Assembly (NCBI GenBank): GCA_963719315.1
Contig: CAVRBU010000002.1
Span: forward strand, 1,984,001 to 2,048,000
Direction of reading: 5' to 3'
Source of the DNA: an uncultured Planctomycetota bacterium
GTDB taxonomy: Bacteria > Planctomycetota > Planctomycetia > Pirellulales > Lacipirellulaceae
Length of the DNA stretch: 64,000 nt
The notes under the pieces are model-generated. The model saw only the letters and a list, made by a program, of their open reading frames with translations, was not told where the DNA came from and searched no databases. Made by a program: the position numbers and the translations under genes. Below are positions 9,422-22,964 of this stretch, piece after piece; the first letter of the stretch is position 1; each line of letters starts with the position of its first letter.

Positions 9422-12400
9422 ACGCCCTACCCCGCTAAGATTCACGGCGACGAGCGCCGGAATAGCAACCATTGTGGGCCGCCGCGGCAACTGCCGTGCC
9501 TTTGCTGCAATACTCATCAAGTGGATCACGCTGCCGAATTTCGCGCGTTGCGCCTCTGCAGACTGCGGCAAAGTGGAGTCTCCCATCGCTGCGCGCGGCA
9601 ATTCCTTGATATGGAGATCGCATTGCGGAAAGGCAATCTCGATGTTGTTTCGTCGGAACGAGTCGTCGATCGCCAGGTGCAGATCGTGTCGCAAACGTCG
9701 GTACATGGTCAAATCCGATACAAACAGCCGAAGTTCGAAATTGAGGCTGCTCTCGCCGAATTCGTGGAATACGACGACCGGCTCGGGTGACTCCAGGACT
9801 TGAGGGTTGTCGGCGGCGACTTTGTACAGCAACGCGGTCGCTAATCGCGTATCGCTGCCGTATGCGACTCCAACTTTAATGACCAACCGCAGATTCGGAT
9901 TGCTGAGCGTCCAGTTGACGAGGTTGCCGGTGACAAATTCCTTGTTGGGCACGATCAATTCTCGATTGTCCCAGTCGAGAATAGTCGTGGCCCGGATCCG
10001 AATCTTGGTAATCGTGCCGGTGATTTCTCCAATTGTCACCGTGTCGCCGACGCGGGCCGGCCGCTCGAACAGCAGGATCATGCCCGAAACGAAGTTGGCG
10101 AAGATTTCTTGCAGGCCAAATCCCAGCCCGACCGTCATGGCCGCGATCAGCCACTGTACGCTTTGCCAGCCGACGCCGAGTTGTCGCAGCCCGAGTGCAC
10201 CACCGCCGACCATGATCGCATAGCGGGTTACCGAACTGGCGGCGTAACGGGCACCTGGATCAAGCGGCAACTTTTGAAGGACGGCGATTTCCAACAGTCC
10301 TGGCAGGTTGCGTCCGGCGAACCATGTGAAAGCGAAGATAGTGATGGTCACAAATAGGTCGGTCAATGTGACGAATGCGGCGGTCCCGTCTGGGTTCGAC
10401 GGGGCGATCCCACTGGCCCACAACTGCACGCGGCTAAAAATGCTGAGCGCCGGCAGCATATCGCCCCATAAGAACCACAGCGTTGCGGCAAATGCCAAGC
10501 CGGCGCCGGCGCCGACGAGATTACGCGCTTGTTGATTGATGTCGCTGAGATTCACCTGTGGAAGCGTTTCAACGACTGGAATGTCCGGAGATGCGTTTTC
10601 TTGGGCTTCGATCTTGGCTTGCCTTCTCTCTCGCGCATGTAGCATCGCCACACGTCGATACGTCACCAATAACCACCGCATGAGTAGCGACCGCAACGCC
10701 AGGCACGCAAACACGAACACGCAGGAAACGAACACGCGACGTGTGAGCTGCATTGCGGCGTAGTGATAGCCGGCGGCGGAGGCCGCGATGAGTCCCAACA
10801 TGGCCAATGTGGCCACGGGCGAGAGAATGCTCGCCGCGCGAGCGCCCAGAGAACCGCCGGCTGCGGTCGCCAATGCCGCCGCTAAGGCCCCGCTCGGTCG
10901 GAACAGCCGGAAGCAGACTACTCCCGTCACAATCAAGGCGGTAATCAGCGAGAGCCGCCCCAGCGAATTGATACTCTCTTCGTCGCGGGAAATCTCGACT
11001 GCAACGGCCACCGCCAACAGGGGCAATGCCAGCAACTGGATCGACTTGGCAGCGCGGCGAATATCGGTCAGCGCCTCCTTATCCCAGGCAAAATGATGCG
11101 TCCCCAGGCCGCAGCGGCGCGAGGCGTGGCGGACCAGATTGAGCATCGCAAATGCCGCGGCGAAAAGCGTGAGGGCCCAACCCGCGGCGTTGGGCACGCC
11201 GCCATCGGCCTGACACAGCCGCCACCCGACGAAACCGAGGGGGATCGGCACGGTCAACGCTAACCAAATCGTCGCCAGCGAGGCTTCCACCGTGGGAAAA
11301 AATCGTGTCGCGGTTGGTTTTGCCGCAGAATCTCCGCTCGTTTTCAACAAGTCTTTTGCCCAGCCCAGGCCCGCAACCATGATCGCCACCAACAGCGCCG
11401 CGAGGCCCCACCAGGCAGGGCGGCTTCGTGCATCGGCGATCAGCGCCGCAGCCAGTTCTTTCGCCTGGGCCTTGCGGGACTCGAGGTCGGTCCAGAACGT
11501 GCGGGCATAGCGAAACTCCTCCAAGGATAATGTCGGTGCGCTGCGAACCCACAACACGTGCTCGGCGATGAAGGACTCTAATTGTTCGGTTGTGGAGACC
11601 AGCGCGGTGGCGGCTGCATCGAGTTGCTCGAGCCGGCTCACGCAATCATTGGCGTTACTGATCAGCTCGGCCAGGATGTTGGCTCGAGCTTCAAGAACTC
11701 GGCGCAGCTCCGCCGCGATGTCTTCGCGCGTCACAGCGGTTTCGTGTGGGTCGATTTGGCCGACGGTTGACTCCACGGCCTGATCGATGTGCAGCGCCTC
11801 GCGACGCAGCGATTCCCACTCATAGATGTTGAGTCCCAGTTGCGAGATTTCAATGGGCCGCGTTCGCAGCCGCTCGCGATAGGGACCCAAAGCTGGTAGT
11901 TGATCCTGTTGACTGCGGAGCATTACGCCAATCGCCGGAGCATTCTTTAATGCTTCGGCCCGCTTGACAACGTCCTCCAGTCGATTGCGCATGATCTGGC
12001 CCAGTTCACGAACTTCGCCCAGGTTGAGTTGGACTTGCTGTGTGCGGCTCACTAGCTCTTTGTTGCGTTCGGCGAGCTCGGCATTTTGAGCCGCTGCTTC
12101 CTTCACGGCCGGGTGCGCGTTGACGGCAACGCGGCGGGCCTCGCGGGCCTGTCGCTCGGCCTCATGTCGCTGCGCATCGGACGCCAAAACGTGGATCGCC
12201 TTGTGCGCGTCGATTGCGGTTTGCAATTGCTTTTCCGCCGCATCCCGGCGGGCGAGCCACAACCGGGATGTGGCCTCGTAGGTGCGCGTCTCCTGTTCGA
12301 GCGATTTCAATTGCGTTGCAAGGAAGTCGCGGCGGCAAGCCTGATAGAGGCGCTGCGCTTCGGCAAGCAGCGGGATTTCCTCCTTCACCGCGACCTTGAG

Positions 12401-13009
12401 CGTTTCGCCCGCCTTGTCGAGTTGCTCCCGGCACTTGGCAATTGCTTCGGGTAGCGCTTTGCGGCGCTCGGCCCGGCGTTGGATTTCAGCGGCGACTTTT
12501 TGCGCCGAATCGCGGGCTGTGTTAACGCGCTGGTCGGCGTCCGATAGGCGGGTCCGCAATTCGTCGGCGCTTAGCGCAACTGTGGGGAGTGGTTCGGGCT
12601 CCGCTTCGGGCGGTTTGCTTTGCAGATTCTGCTGGGCGACGCCGGCTTCATCGATTTCTTTCTGCAAGAGAGCTGTTGCAGCAGAAAGCTGCCTCGTTTC
12701 CTTGAGCCTCTCGATGGCCTTGTCGCAGAGGTCGATGATCTCCGCTCGCGTTGCGTCGGCTAGGGGGGCCGCCTCGGTCGCCTGCCGCCGCAGCTTCTCA
12801 ACCGCCTCGAGCGTGATTTCGGTGGGCGCGGGTGGCTGCGATTCCGGCGCGACGGATGCCGCGTTCGCTTGCTCCGTGACGACAGGCTCCTTAGCCGCTG
12901 CTACTTGCCCGTCCGCGGGCCTATGCAGCGCGAACGCGGCGAGACAGAAAATGATGGCGAGCAGGAGTCGAGGACTTTTCACGGCGTTCGCCTTCCAGCA
13001 GAATAGCAT
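9320..13009 (-). CDS. Large MscK/KefA-type mechanosensitive channel
   Basis: Signal peptide, long coiled-coil periplasmic region, many TM helices, and MscS core (GLGFGLQEIFANFVSG..LFERP.RVGD; GVAYGSD). The true stop may lie near 9526 if one base is an error. Confidence 0.9.
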   Translation of the reverse strand: MLFCWKANAVKSPRLLLAIIFCLAAFALHRPADGQVAAAKEPVVTEQANAASVAPESQPPAPTEITLEAVEKLRRQATEAAPLADATRAEIIDLCDKAIERLKETRQLSAATALLQKEIDEAGVAQQNLQSKPPEAEPEPLPTVALSADELRTRLSDADQRVNTARDSAQKVAAEIQRRAERRKALPEAIAKCREQLDKAGETLKVAVKEEIPLLAEAQRLYQACRRDFLATQLKSLEQETRTYEATSRLWLARRDAAEKQLQTAIDAHKAIHVLASDAQRHEAERQAREARRVAVNAHPAVKEAAAQNAELAERNKELVSRTQQVQLNLGEVRELGQIMRNRLEDVVKRAEALKNAPAIGVMLRSQQDQLPALGPYRERLRTRPIEISQLGLNIYEWESLRREALHIDQAVESTVGQIDPHETAVTREDIAAELRRVLEARANILAELISNANDCVSRLEQLDAAATALVSTTEQLESFIAEHVLWVRSAPTLSLEEFRYARTFWTDLESRKAQAKELAAALIADARSRPAWWGLAALLVAIMVAGLGWAKDLLKTSGDSAAKPTATRFFPTVEASLATIWLALTVPIPLGFVGWRLCQADGGVPNAAGWALTLFAAAFAMLNLVRHASRRCGLGTHHFAWDKEALTDIRRAAKSIQLLALPLLAVAVAVEISRDEESINSLGRLSLITALIVTGVVCFRLFRPSGALAAALATAAGGSLGARAASILSPVATLAMLGLIAASAAGYHYAAMQLTRRVFVSCVFVFACLALRSLLMRWLLVTYRRVAMLHARERRQAKIEAQENASPDIPVVETLPQVNLSDINQQARNLVGAGAGLAFAATLWFLWGDMLPALSIFSRVQLWASGIAPSNPDGTAAFVTLTDLFVTITIFAFTWFAGRNLPGLLEIAVLQKLPLDPGARYAASSVTRYAIMVGGGALGLRQLGVGWQSVQWLIAAMTVGLGFGLQEIFANFVSGMILLFERPARVGDTVTIGEITGTITKIRIRATTILDWDNRELIVPNKEFVTGNLVNWTLSNPNLRLVIKVGVAYGSDTRLATALLYKVAADNPQVLESPEPVVVFHEFGESSLNFELRLFVSDLTMYRRLRHDLHLAIDDSFRRNNIEIAFPQCDLHIKELPRAAMGDSTLPQSAEAQRAKFGSVIHLMSIAAKARQLPRRPTMVAIPALVAVNLSGVGRSGHDRIRFDFDERFAVDQSGDFDDCRRRPDFAE

Positions 13010-13201
13010 GCGTTACTGCCGGAACGTCCGACGAGGCGCGGTGCGGCAGCCATCACTTAGTTGCAGCAGGGGGGCAGGCGCGGAGAGTAGCAAACCGGCC
13101 GCATGTCCGTAAGTGCAGATGCCGGCGGACATTCCGCCGCTGGCAGGACCCGCCGCGATCGCCAATTTCTGGCGTCGTGCAGGCACAAGCAGGGAGCGTA
13201 G

Positions 13202-15448
<2,247 letters not shown>

Positions 15449-15497
15449 CGTCGTACCTATTGCGATCGGGCGAAGTGACTTCCGCGCCCTCACGGCT

Positions 15498-16757
15498 TCA
15501 CTCGACTGTCGTGTGTTCCTCGTTTTCGCGCGGCATTCGTCGTAGCATCGGCAGCGCGAGGAGCGACAACAGGCACATGGCGAGAAATCCCGGGCCGTAG
15601 CCCCAACCGGCGATCAAGCGCCCTAAAATGTAAACCGACCAGGATTCACAGCCATTGACGGCACCCATGAACGTGCTGAATTGAGTGGCGGCGATCGCCG
15701 GCTGCGTGAGATTCATATACATCGCGTAACTGGCGGCTGTGAACACACCGATTCCCACGCCGATCAACACCAGCAACACGAATAGCGGCAGGCTGCCCGT
15801 GCTGTCGGAAACAAAATCCAGTGATGCCAGTATCGCAATCAATCCGACGACGACCATGAGAGCAGTCCGCACAAATCGGAAGCAACCCACTCGGTCGGCC
15901 AGCCACCCGCCGAGCATGGAACCAATGACCAATGCTCCGATCATGGGTCCCGCGGTGAACATCCCAATCACTTGTTGCGAAACTCCTCGATCGACAAGGT
16001 ACACACCGTAAACGGCCTCGAACGACTTATAACCGGCCCCCGCCACCAGCGCGAAAGCCACGCCCCACCATGTAGATCGTTGAGTGAATGCGCAGCGATA
16101 CGTGCCGGCCAGCGACGCCAGCGAAGGCGGCTTCAAAGTGTGTCCAGTGGCGGGCAGCGTCGTTGCGAACAACACCGCCATGGAGAGCAGAATCACGGCG
16201 ATTAGCAGGGTGACGGCACCTTGGTGCCCCAGCACTTCGTACATCGCCAGAACCCCGCCTCCCATGGTGGCACGGCCGAGCAACACGCCGACTTGCATCC
16301 ATCCGTTGTACGAACCGCGCTCGGCCGGCGTGGTGGTCGCCATGCACAGCGCATCGATTGCCACGTCCTGAGTCGCAGCGGCGAATCCATGCAGCAGGAG
16401 CGCGGCCGCCAGCCAACCAAGATCCTCGACACCGTGAAACCACAACAACGGAAACAGCGTGAGCGCCATCAGCGACTGCGCTGCGTAGATCCAACACTGC
16501 AATGTCCACCGCGCGGATCGGAGCGTATCAATCAGCGGCGCCCAGAGAAACTTGAGCATCCAAGGTAAGATCAGCAGCGACGCCAGCCAGGTGACTTTCT
16601 CGACCGGAATCCCCGCCAATCGCAAACGCACCGGAATCGCGAGCCAGATGAAACCAATCGGCGCGCCTTCGCCGAAGTACAGCGCGGCAAAGAGAAGCTT
16701 TCGCGCCGAAACCGGCGACAAATGCTTTCGATCACGAGAAGCGGAGAGTTCGAACAT
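15498..16757 (-). CDS. AmpG-like MFS transporter
   Basis: Motifs LYFGEGAP, PW.LKFLWAPLID, ATQDVAIDA, AATQFS; about 12 TM helices. Confidence 0.85.
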   Translation of the reverse strand: MFELSASRDRKHLSPVSARKLLFAALYFGEGAPIGFIWLAIPVRLRLAGIPVEKVTWLASLLILPWMLKFLWAPLIDTLRSARWTLQCWIYAAQSLMALTLFPLLWFHGVEDLGWLAAALLLHGFAAATQDVAIDALCMATTTPAERGSYNGWMQVGVLLGRATMGGGVLAMYEVLGHQGAVTLLIAVILLSMAVLFATTLPATGHTLKPPSLASLAGTYRCAFTQRSTWWGVAFALVAGAGYKSFEAVYGVYLVDRGVSQQVIGMFTAGPMIGALVIGSMLGGWLADRVGCFRFVRTALMVVVGLIAILASLDFVSDSTGSLPLFVLLVLIGVGIGVFTAASYAMYMNLTQPAIAATQFSTFMGAVNGCESWSVYILGRLIAGWGYGPGFLAMCLLSLLALPMLRRMPRENEEHTTVE

Positions 16758-16835
16758 CGTAGAAATCGCGTCCCGTGCAGCGTGACGCAGGCGATCGGCC
16801 TTTCTGGCGTCGTCAAGATGCTGTAAAACTACGCT

Positions 16836-18398
16836 ATGGAAATGCTAGATTTAAAGGACTTCGAACGCCACACCGTCGTTCGCTCGCTTCGCATGGACGA
16901 TTACGACGAGTTGGTGGCGATGCACTTGCGTTGCTTTCCCGGCCTGCAGCCCTGGTCGCGACAACAGATTGAAAGCCAGTTGAAAATTTTTCCGGAAGGG
17001 CAAATCTGCGTCGAAATCGACGGGCAATTGGCAGCTTCCTCCAGTTGTTTGATTATCAAGTACGACCCGGAAGCTGCCTGGCACAACTGGCGGGTAGTAT
17101 CTGACAACGGCTTCATTCGCAACCACGATCCGCATGGGGACACGATCTACGGCATCGAGATCATGGTCAACCCCGAGTTCCGCGGCATGAAGCTCTCGCG
17201 ACGAATCTACGACGTCCGTAAGCAACTCTGTCGCGAACGAAATCTGGAACGCATGATCATCGGCGGCCGGATTCCAGGTTATCACAAATATGCCGACAAG
17301 TTATCCGCGCGAGAATACGTAGAACAAGTGATGGCCAAGGCGGTCTTCGACCCGGTGCTCACCGCCCAAGTGGCGAACGGCTTCGCGCTCAAAGGATTGA
17401 TTCCGAACTATGTCCCCGATGACGAACATTCGAGGGGATACGCAACGCACTTGGAGTGGCTGAATTTCGATTACCAACACGGAGCGAAACGACGATTCCA
17501 CCACGTGGTGGAGCCCGTGAGGCTGGCGATAGTTCAGTATCAGTTGCGAACGCTTAAGAGCTTCGATGAATTTGCCATGCATTGTGAATTCTTTATTGAC
17601 GCCGCTTCGACCGACTATCGCGCCGACTTCATCGTGTTTCCCGAGTTGTTCACGACCGAGCTATTGTCTTTCGTCGACACGACACGTCCGGGGCAAGCCG
17701 CGCGGCGGCTCGCTGAATTCACGCCCCAGTACCTGGATTTGTTTACCAATTTGGCGTTGAAGTTCAACATCAATATCGTGGGCGGCTCGCAATTCGTCAT
17801 TGAGGACGACGTCCTGTACAACGTTTCGTATCTGTTCCGGCGCGATGGCACGCTCGGCAAGCAATATAAACTGCATGTCACGCCGAGCGAACGACATTGG
17901 TGGGGCGTAAGCCCCGGCAATCGCGTCGAAGTATTCGATACCGATTGCGGCCTGGTTTCGATCTTGATCTGCTACGACGTCGAGTTTCCAGAATTGTGCC
18001 GCATTGCGGCGCAAAAGGGCGCGTCGATCATCTTTTGCCCATTCAACACCGACACGCGGCATGGCTATCTGAGAATCCGCAATTGCTCCATGGCGCGGTG
18101 CGTTGAAAACCACATCTACGTCGCAGTGTCGGGCTGCGTCGGGAACCTGCCGTTTGTTGAAAACGCCGACCTGCATTACGCTCAATCCGCTGTCTTTACG
18201 CCCGCCGATGCCGAATTTGCCCGCGACGCAATCGGCGCCGAATGCCAGGCGAACATCGAAACGATGATCATGCACGACGTTGACGTAGAGTTGCTACGGC
18301 GCCACAAGCAACACGGCGACACGCAGAACTGGAACGATCGCCGCAAAGACCTTTACAAAGTGGTCTATCAGGAAGACGACGAATCGAAAGAAGTCTGA
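16836..18398 (+). CDS. Bifunctional GNAT acetyltransferase / carbon-nitrogen hydrolase
   Basis: N-terminal GNAT domain ([18 protein letters not shown]). C-terminal nitrilase triad E (FPELF), K (QYKLH), C (ICYDVEFPE). Confidence 0.9.
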   Translation: MEMLDLKDFERHTVVRSLRMDDYDELVAMHLRCFPGLQPWSRQQIESQLKIFPEGQICVEIDGQLAASSSCLIIKYDPEAAWHNWRVVSDNGFIRNHDPHGDTIYGIEIMVNPEFRGMKLSRRIYDVRKQLCRERNLERMIIGGRIPGYHKYADKLSAREYVEQVMAKAVFDPVLTAQVANGFALKGLIPNYVPDDEHSRGYATHLEWLNFDYQHGAKRRFHHVVEPVRLAIVQYQLRTLKSFDEFAMHCEFFIDAASTDYRADFIVFPELFTTELLSFVDTTRPGQAARRLAEFTPQYLDLFTNLALKFNINIVGGSQFVIEDDVLYNVSYLFRRDGTLGKQYKLHVTPSERHWWGVSPGNRVEVFDTDCGLVSILICYDVEFPELCRIAAQKGASIIFCPFNTDTRHGYLRIRNCSMARCVENHIYVAVSGCVGNLPFVENADLHYAQSAVFTPADAEFARDAIGAECQANIETMIMHDVDVELLRRHKQHGDTQNWNDRRKDLYKVVYQEDDESKEV

Positions 18399-18538
18399 GC
18401 GTTGCCGAGGGGTCGGTCTGCCTGACTGGCTCATCGGCAACTAATTCCGCTTGCCGTGCGCGTCGGTCGTCATCGCCTATTTCGTGCCGCCGAATGGTCT
18501 TAGGTGCGGGTGGTGTCCTTATTTGCGGCACAACAAGC

Positions 18539-18593
18539 TTGTAGCACGGACTTCAGTCCGTGATTCTCGTACGGACTGAAGTCCGTGCTACAA
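18539..18593. repeat. GTAG-type REP palindrome pair
   Basis: TTGTAGCACGGACTTCAGTCCGT...ACGGACTGAAGTCCGTGCTACAA, a perfect 23-bp inverted repeat with each arm itself palindromic. Confidence 0.85.
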
Positions 18594-18725
18594 AGTTCCG
18601 GTCCGCACGGTGCCAAATGAGGACACCAACCAGGTGCGCAATTCCTTGCTCTTGCCGGGTTTGGAGTTTAGAGTGGTAGATTGCTGCATACATCTTAAGA
18701 TTCACACCTTAGGCCGGACTACTCG

Positions 18726-20699
18726 ATGTCTAGAAGTGCTCCCCGTAAGCCAACGTGGCCCAAACTACTGGGCAGAAACGTCGGCCACCCGCTGTCTCCG
18801 CCGCGTCGCCGACTTGGCTTCGAAGAACTGGAAAATCGGCATTTGCTCACCACGATCACGGTCAACACCCTGATCGACGTCAACAATCCTAATGACGGCC
18901 TGACGACGCTCCGCGAAGCGGTGGCGGCGGCTGCCACGAACGATACGATCAACTTTTCAGTGACCGGGACCATAAACCTTTCCTCGTCCGGCGGTCAAAT
19001 CAATATCAACAAGAGCTTGACGATCCAAGGACCAGGCGCGAATTTGTTGACGATCAAGGCGTTCGATCCGGATGCGAGCGGCAAAAACGATAGCGATGGA
19101 AACCGAGTGTTTTATGTGAACGGCAGCGGCACGCTCAATGTGATCATAAGCGGATTGACGCTCACCAATGGCGACCCTGAAGCCACGAATGACAACAATG
19201 GCGGTGGGGCAATTCTCAATCTCGAAAACTTAACGCTGAACGCCTGCGTGATCACCGACAACTATTCTCCGAACGGCGGCGCAATTTATAGCCCGTCGGG
19301 GACGCTCGTCATCAACGACAGCTTGATTAGCGGGAATTCGGGTGGCGATGGCGCCGGCATACTGGTCGACGGTGGCAGCTTGTCGCTGAACAGAACCACC
19401 GTGGCGAATAACGAAGCCAAGAATTCCGGCGGCGGTATCCTGAATCGCGGCCGCCCCCTCACGATCGTGGATAGTACGATTTCCGGAAACTCGGCCGAGG
19501 AGCATGGCGGCGGCGTTTACCTGTATCAAGGTTCACTGGTCGCTAGCGGTAGCACGATTTCCGGAAACGTTGCCGACGAAGACAACGATGATACGGGTTC
19601 GGGCGGTGGAATCTATAACATGGGCGGCAGCTTGGCCATTACGAATTCGACCATCAGTGGGAACTCGGCTCGAGAAAACGGCGGCGGCGGAATCTTCAGC
19701 GATACGGGCCAAGCCGTTACGATCGCCCACAGCACGATTACCGCAAACTCGGTGAATGGCAGCGGCAGCGGCGGCGGCATTCGGAGCAACGACCCTGCCC
19801 AACTCAATCACACGATCGTGGCCGGCAATTTCCGTGGATCAGCGCGCGACGACGTGGCCGGATCGTTCGATGCCTCCTTCAGCCTGGTCGGCGATCGGCG
19901 CAGCGCCACGGTCAACAACATCAGCGGGAGTCTGATCGGTACCACAGGTTCGCCTATCAACCCACTACTCGGGGTCCTGGCAAACAATGGCGGTCCGACG
20001 ATGACGCACATATTGCTTAACGGCAGCCCGGCGATTGACTCGGGCAATGCGGCTGCGGTCGCAGGCATGAGCGGGATTCCACAATTTGATCAGCGCGGAA
20101 CGCCATTTTCGCGAGTCGTCGATTTCGATGGCGCAGGTGGTGTGCGCATCGATATTGGAGCAGTTGAAATGAGGCCGGGGCCTGCCTTGCCTGGGGACTA
20201 CAACCTGAACAACGTCGTCGATGCAGGGGATTACTTGATGTGGCGCAAGACCCAGGGCAGCAGCGTGCCACAATACAGCGGCGCGGATGGCGATGGAGAC
20301 TCAATGATCGGCAGCGGCGATTACATGGTGTGGCGGTCGCATTTTGGCCAGACTTTTCCAGGGGCCGCAACGGCAACCAGCGCGGATCAGACTTCAGCGA
20401 ACGTTGCCCAGTCGGCTTTGGGAGGCGCGAGTGTCGCCGCGGCGGCATTCGCTTCGTTGGCGAAGTCGAACGATAGTGAAACAGCAGCGAAGTTAGTATT
20501 GAAGCGCGGACCGGCCGCCTCGGAATCAGAATTGGCAATCGAATTGCTGCTGGCGACCGAGGGCAGTTACGCCCGGAACCTTGCTCTCACGGTCGGAGCT
20601 ATGCAGGATGGTGAAGGCATATCTTCCGAATGTAATTTCGCAGTCGACGCGGCGCTCGAGGGAGACGGCGAACTGGTCGCATTTGCGTTGGATTTGTAA
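18726..20699 (+). CDS. Secreted beta-helix surface protein (planctomycete extracellular signal, CSLREA-like, choice-of-anchor Q, dockerin-like)
   Basis: RRLGFEELENRHLL signal; TTLREAV; GGGI/STISGN repeats; GPTMTH..GSPAID..DQRG..DIGAVE; GDYNLNNVVDAGDY. Confidence 0.85.
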   Translation: MSRSAPRKPTWPKLLGRNVGHPLSPPRRRLGFEELENRHLLTTITVNTLIDVNNPNDGLTTLREAVAAAATNDTINFSVTGTINLSSSGGQININKSLTIQGPGANLLTIKAFDPDASGKNDSDGNRVFYVNGSGTLNVIISGLTLTNGDPEATNDNNGGGAILNLENLTLNACVITDNYSPNGGAIYSPSGTLVINDSLISGNSGGDGAGILVDGGSLSLNRTTVANNEAKNSGGGILNRGRPLTIVDSTISGNSAEEHGGGVYLYQGSLVASGSTISGNVADEDNDDTGSGGGIYNMGGSLAITNSTISGNSARENGGGGIFSDTGQAVTIAHSTITANSVNGSGSGGGIRSNDPAQLNHTIVAGNFRGSARDDVAGSFDASFSLVGDRRSATVNNISGSLIGTTGSPINPLLGVLANNGGPTMTHILLNGSPAIDSGNAAAVAGMSGIPQFDQRGTPFSRVVDFDGAGGVRIDIGAVEMRPGPALPGDYNLNNVVDAGDYLMWRKTQGSSVPQYSGADGDGDSMIGSGDYMVWRSHFGQTFPGAATATSADQTSANVAQSALGGASVAAAAFASLAKSNDSETAAKLVLKRGPAASESELAIELLLATEGSYARNLALTVGAMQDGEGISSECNFAVDAALEGDGELVAFALDL

Positions 20700-20769
20700 G
20701 AGGCCCAACAATCTGGCCGGGGACTATCCCCCTGCTCCAGCGCCATCGCCAGGCGCGCCGAAACAGGCG

Positions 20770-21201
20770 CTAACGGTCGTCTTCGCGATTCTCCTTGATG
20801 ATTTCATTCGTCAACTCTATGTCGATCTGATTGTCCTTGCCGGCAGCGACGAGCATTTTCTTGGGCACGATAAAACGCGAAAAATTGGGCACTCCCTTGG
20901 GCAGCTTTTCCTCCGAGTTGATGATCGTCGCCCAGTGTTCGCCGACCACGGCGCCGTCGTTCGCCTTGTGTGTGGTCAAACGGTAGGCTCCGTTCGGTTG
21001 GATGTGGCTCCAGGCCGGTTTGCCGGGGTTGGTGTTGTCGCCCTTCGCCACCGGCGCGAACATCACCTTTCCCTGAAATAGAGGTTTTCCATCGACGCTA
21101 ACGATCCCATGGACGGGCGCAAGATCGAGCGATTCGCGATTGCAGCCAGCGTTCAGAGCAATTGGGACGAGGCACCAAGCGTACAAGAACCCATAACGCA
21201 T
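20770..21201 (-). CDS. Small lipoprotein typical of DUF1559-associated genes
   Basis: Lipobox NAGC, APVHGIVSVDGKPL..GKVMFAP, DGAVVGEH; located directly downstream of the DUF1559 gene. Confidence 0.8.
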   Translation of the reverse strand: MRYGFLYAWCLVPIALNAGCNRESLDLAPVHGIVSVDGKPLFQGKVMFAPVAKGDNTNPGKPAWSHIQPNGAYRLTTHKANDGAVVGEHWATIINSEEKLPKGVPNFSRFIVPKKMLVAAGKDNQIDIELTNEIIKENREDDR

Positions 21202-21205
21202 TTGA

Positions 21206-22260
21206 TTACTCCAAATTGCGAATGACCTCATTGTCCATACGATCGCCCAGCAGCCAGAACGTGCGCAGTTCCATATTCTCGCTCAGAAAATGGACCGAGC
21301 CGTCGACAAACGCGAAGTACGCGCCGCCCGTGTGCCAACTAAATGCACAGTCGTCGGTTTCGTTCTTGTCGGGGAGCTGGTCGATTTGTTCGCTGGTCAG
21401 GGGAAAGCTTCGGGCGCCACCCATGTTGCAATTAATGGCGTCCTGCGTTTCGAACATGACGCTCCCGTCGTCTCCGAAGATACCGGCCCAAATCGGAAAG
21501 CTGGCCGCCCGCGCGAAATAAGCCGCCTCGCCGATGCAGATCGTTTTGCTGGTTCCATCGGTCACGTCTTTGATGCGAACCCGGGAATAGGCTTTTTTAG
21601 GCACCGAGTCGATAATGCCGTCGCCGTTGATATCGTATTTGCAATCGTATTCGGCAGCGCCTTCCTTGGGCGGCCAAAACATGCCGCGATCACAGTGGCC
21701 GCGGGAACCTTTGTAGTGCGCCGTGGCATAGCCGGTGCCGACTAGATCGGCCGATGATAAACCAAAAAACGAGCCACTCGGCAGATGAGAGGGCAAATCG
21801 ACCGAGGGGCATAGAAACATGCTGAGGATCGCGTCGCCGCCGGCGATCGGCGCAGGCCGGATGAATGCGCCACAGTAAAGATGCCTTTTTGGCCCGCCGG
21901 ATGATTTGTGATCCACGGGTTATTTTGATAGCCGGAAACGGTGTTGGCTTTCAGCTTGTCAAACAGCGGTTGCTCTTCGAGCTGCGGCAGGATTTGGGTT
22001 GCCCAACCCAGGCCGTCTTCTTCGGCCGGATGGTCTTCCTCGACGGCAGCGTAGGCGCCGAGCGGAAACTGGTTGCGAGCGTCGTGATAGGTCAACAGCG
22101 CCAGCGCGATCTGCTTAAGATTATTAGTGCACGCTGTGCGGTGCGCCGCTTCGCGGGCGGATTGGACCGCGGGAAGCAAAAGCGCCACCAGGATGCCGAT
22201 TATGGCGATGACGACGAGGAGTTCAACGAGTGTAAATCCGGTGGTTCTTTGCGAGCGCAT
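21206..22260 (-). CDS. DUF1559 prepilin-type protein with H-X9-DG motif (one apparent frameshift near 21860)
   Basis: [40 protein letters not shown] in ORF 21742-22260, continuing in another frame with [17 protein letters not shown] and [12 protein letters not shown]. Confidence 0.88.
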
Positions 22261-22557
22261 GGTATCTCCCGTTAGCCAATTACAGCTACCATCCTACGAC
22301 ACAATAAAATTAAATCAACGCAGCCGGGCGATATTTCGGCCAAAAAAATGCGAAGTGTGCTCGTATCCGCGGATAGCTTCGACGAGCACGATGGGCCAGA
22401 TCGTTGTCTGCCAGAAAAAGAATGCTCGGCTAGAAATGCCTACTTCGGGTCGTCCAGGTTCAGGTTGAACAGGCAACCCCCGGGGCCGACCCATATTCAA
22501 CCCTTGCCACGCGACGAATCTAGCATGTATCCGGGCATCTTTATTACTCAAAGTGAA

Positions 22558-22693
22558 AACCGCCAAGGTCGGCAAGAACGCCAAGGAATACAGAGAGAAA
22601 TCAACTTGGCATGCAGTTTGACTGTCAGAGTCCGTTCCGGCAGTCTCTGGCGTTCTAATCGCAAAAAGGGATGGCTTGGCGTGCTTGGCGGTT
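22558..22693. repeat. Inverted pair of nonamer arrays (CGCCAAGnn / CTTGGCGnn)
   Basis: CGCCAAGGT CGGCAAGAA CGCCAAG ... CTTGGCGTG CTTGGCGGTT. Confidence 0.6.
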
Positions 22694-22886
22694 CGTCTGT
22701 TCAGTTTGAGTTATTTTACCACGGCCACCCCGCGCACGAGTCGGCATGAATCGCGTTTGCATGTGAGAAAACAGAAGGAACGGAGAATTCAGCTTCCGAG
22801 AACTCCGTTTCCTCCTGTTAAAGCAAGCTTCGGCACGACGTATATTTAGATAGATTAGTCCGTCGCCAGTTCCCAGCCAATCACTT

Positions 22887-22961
22887 ACAACTGAGAACTG
22901 ACGACTGACAACTATCCACGAAAGACGATCCACCAAATACGGACCACGGACAACGGACTAC
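22887..22961 (+). repeat. Heptamer arrays (ACAACTG)n and (ACMACGG)n directly upstream of ppx
   Basis: ACAACTG AGAACTG ACGACTG ACAACT ... ACGG ACCACGG ACAACGG ACTAC, ending 3 nt before the ATG. Confidence 0.7.
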
Positions 22962-22964
22962 ACC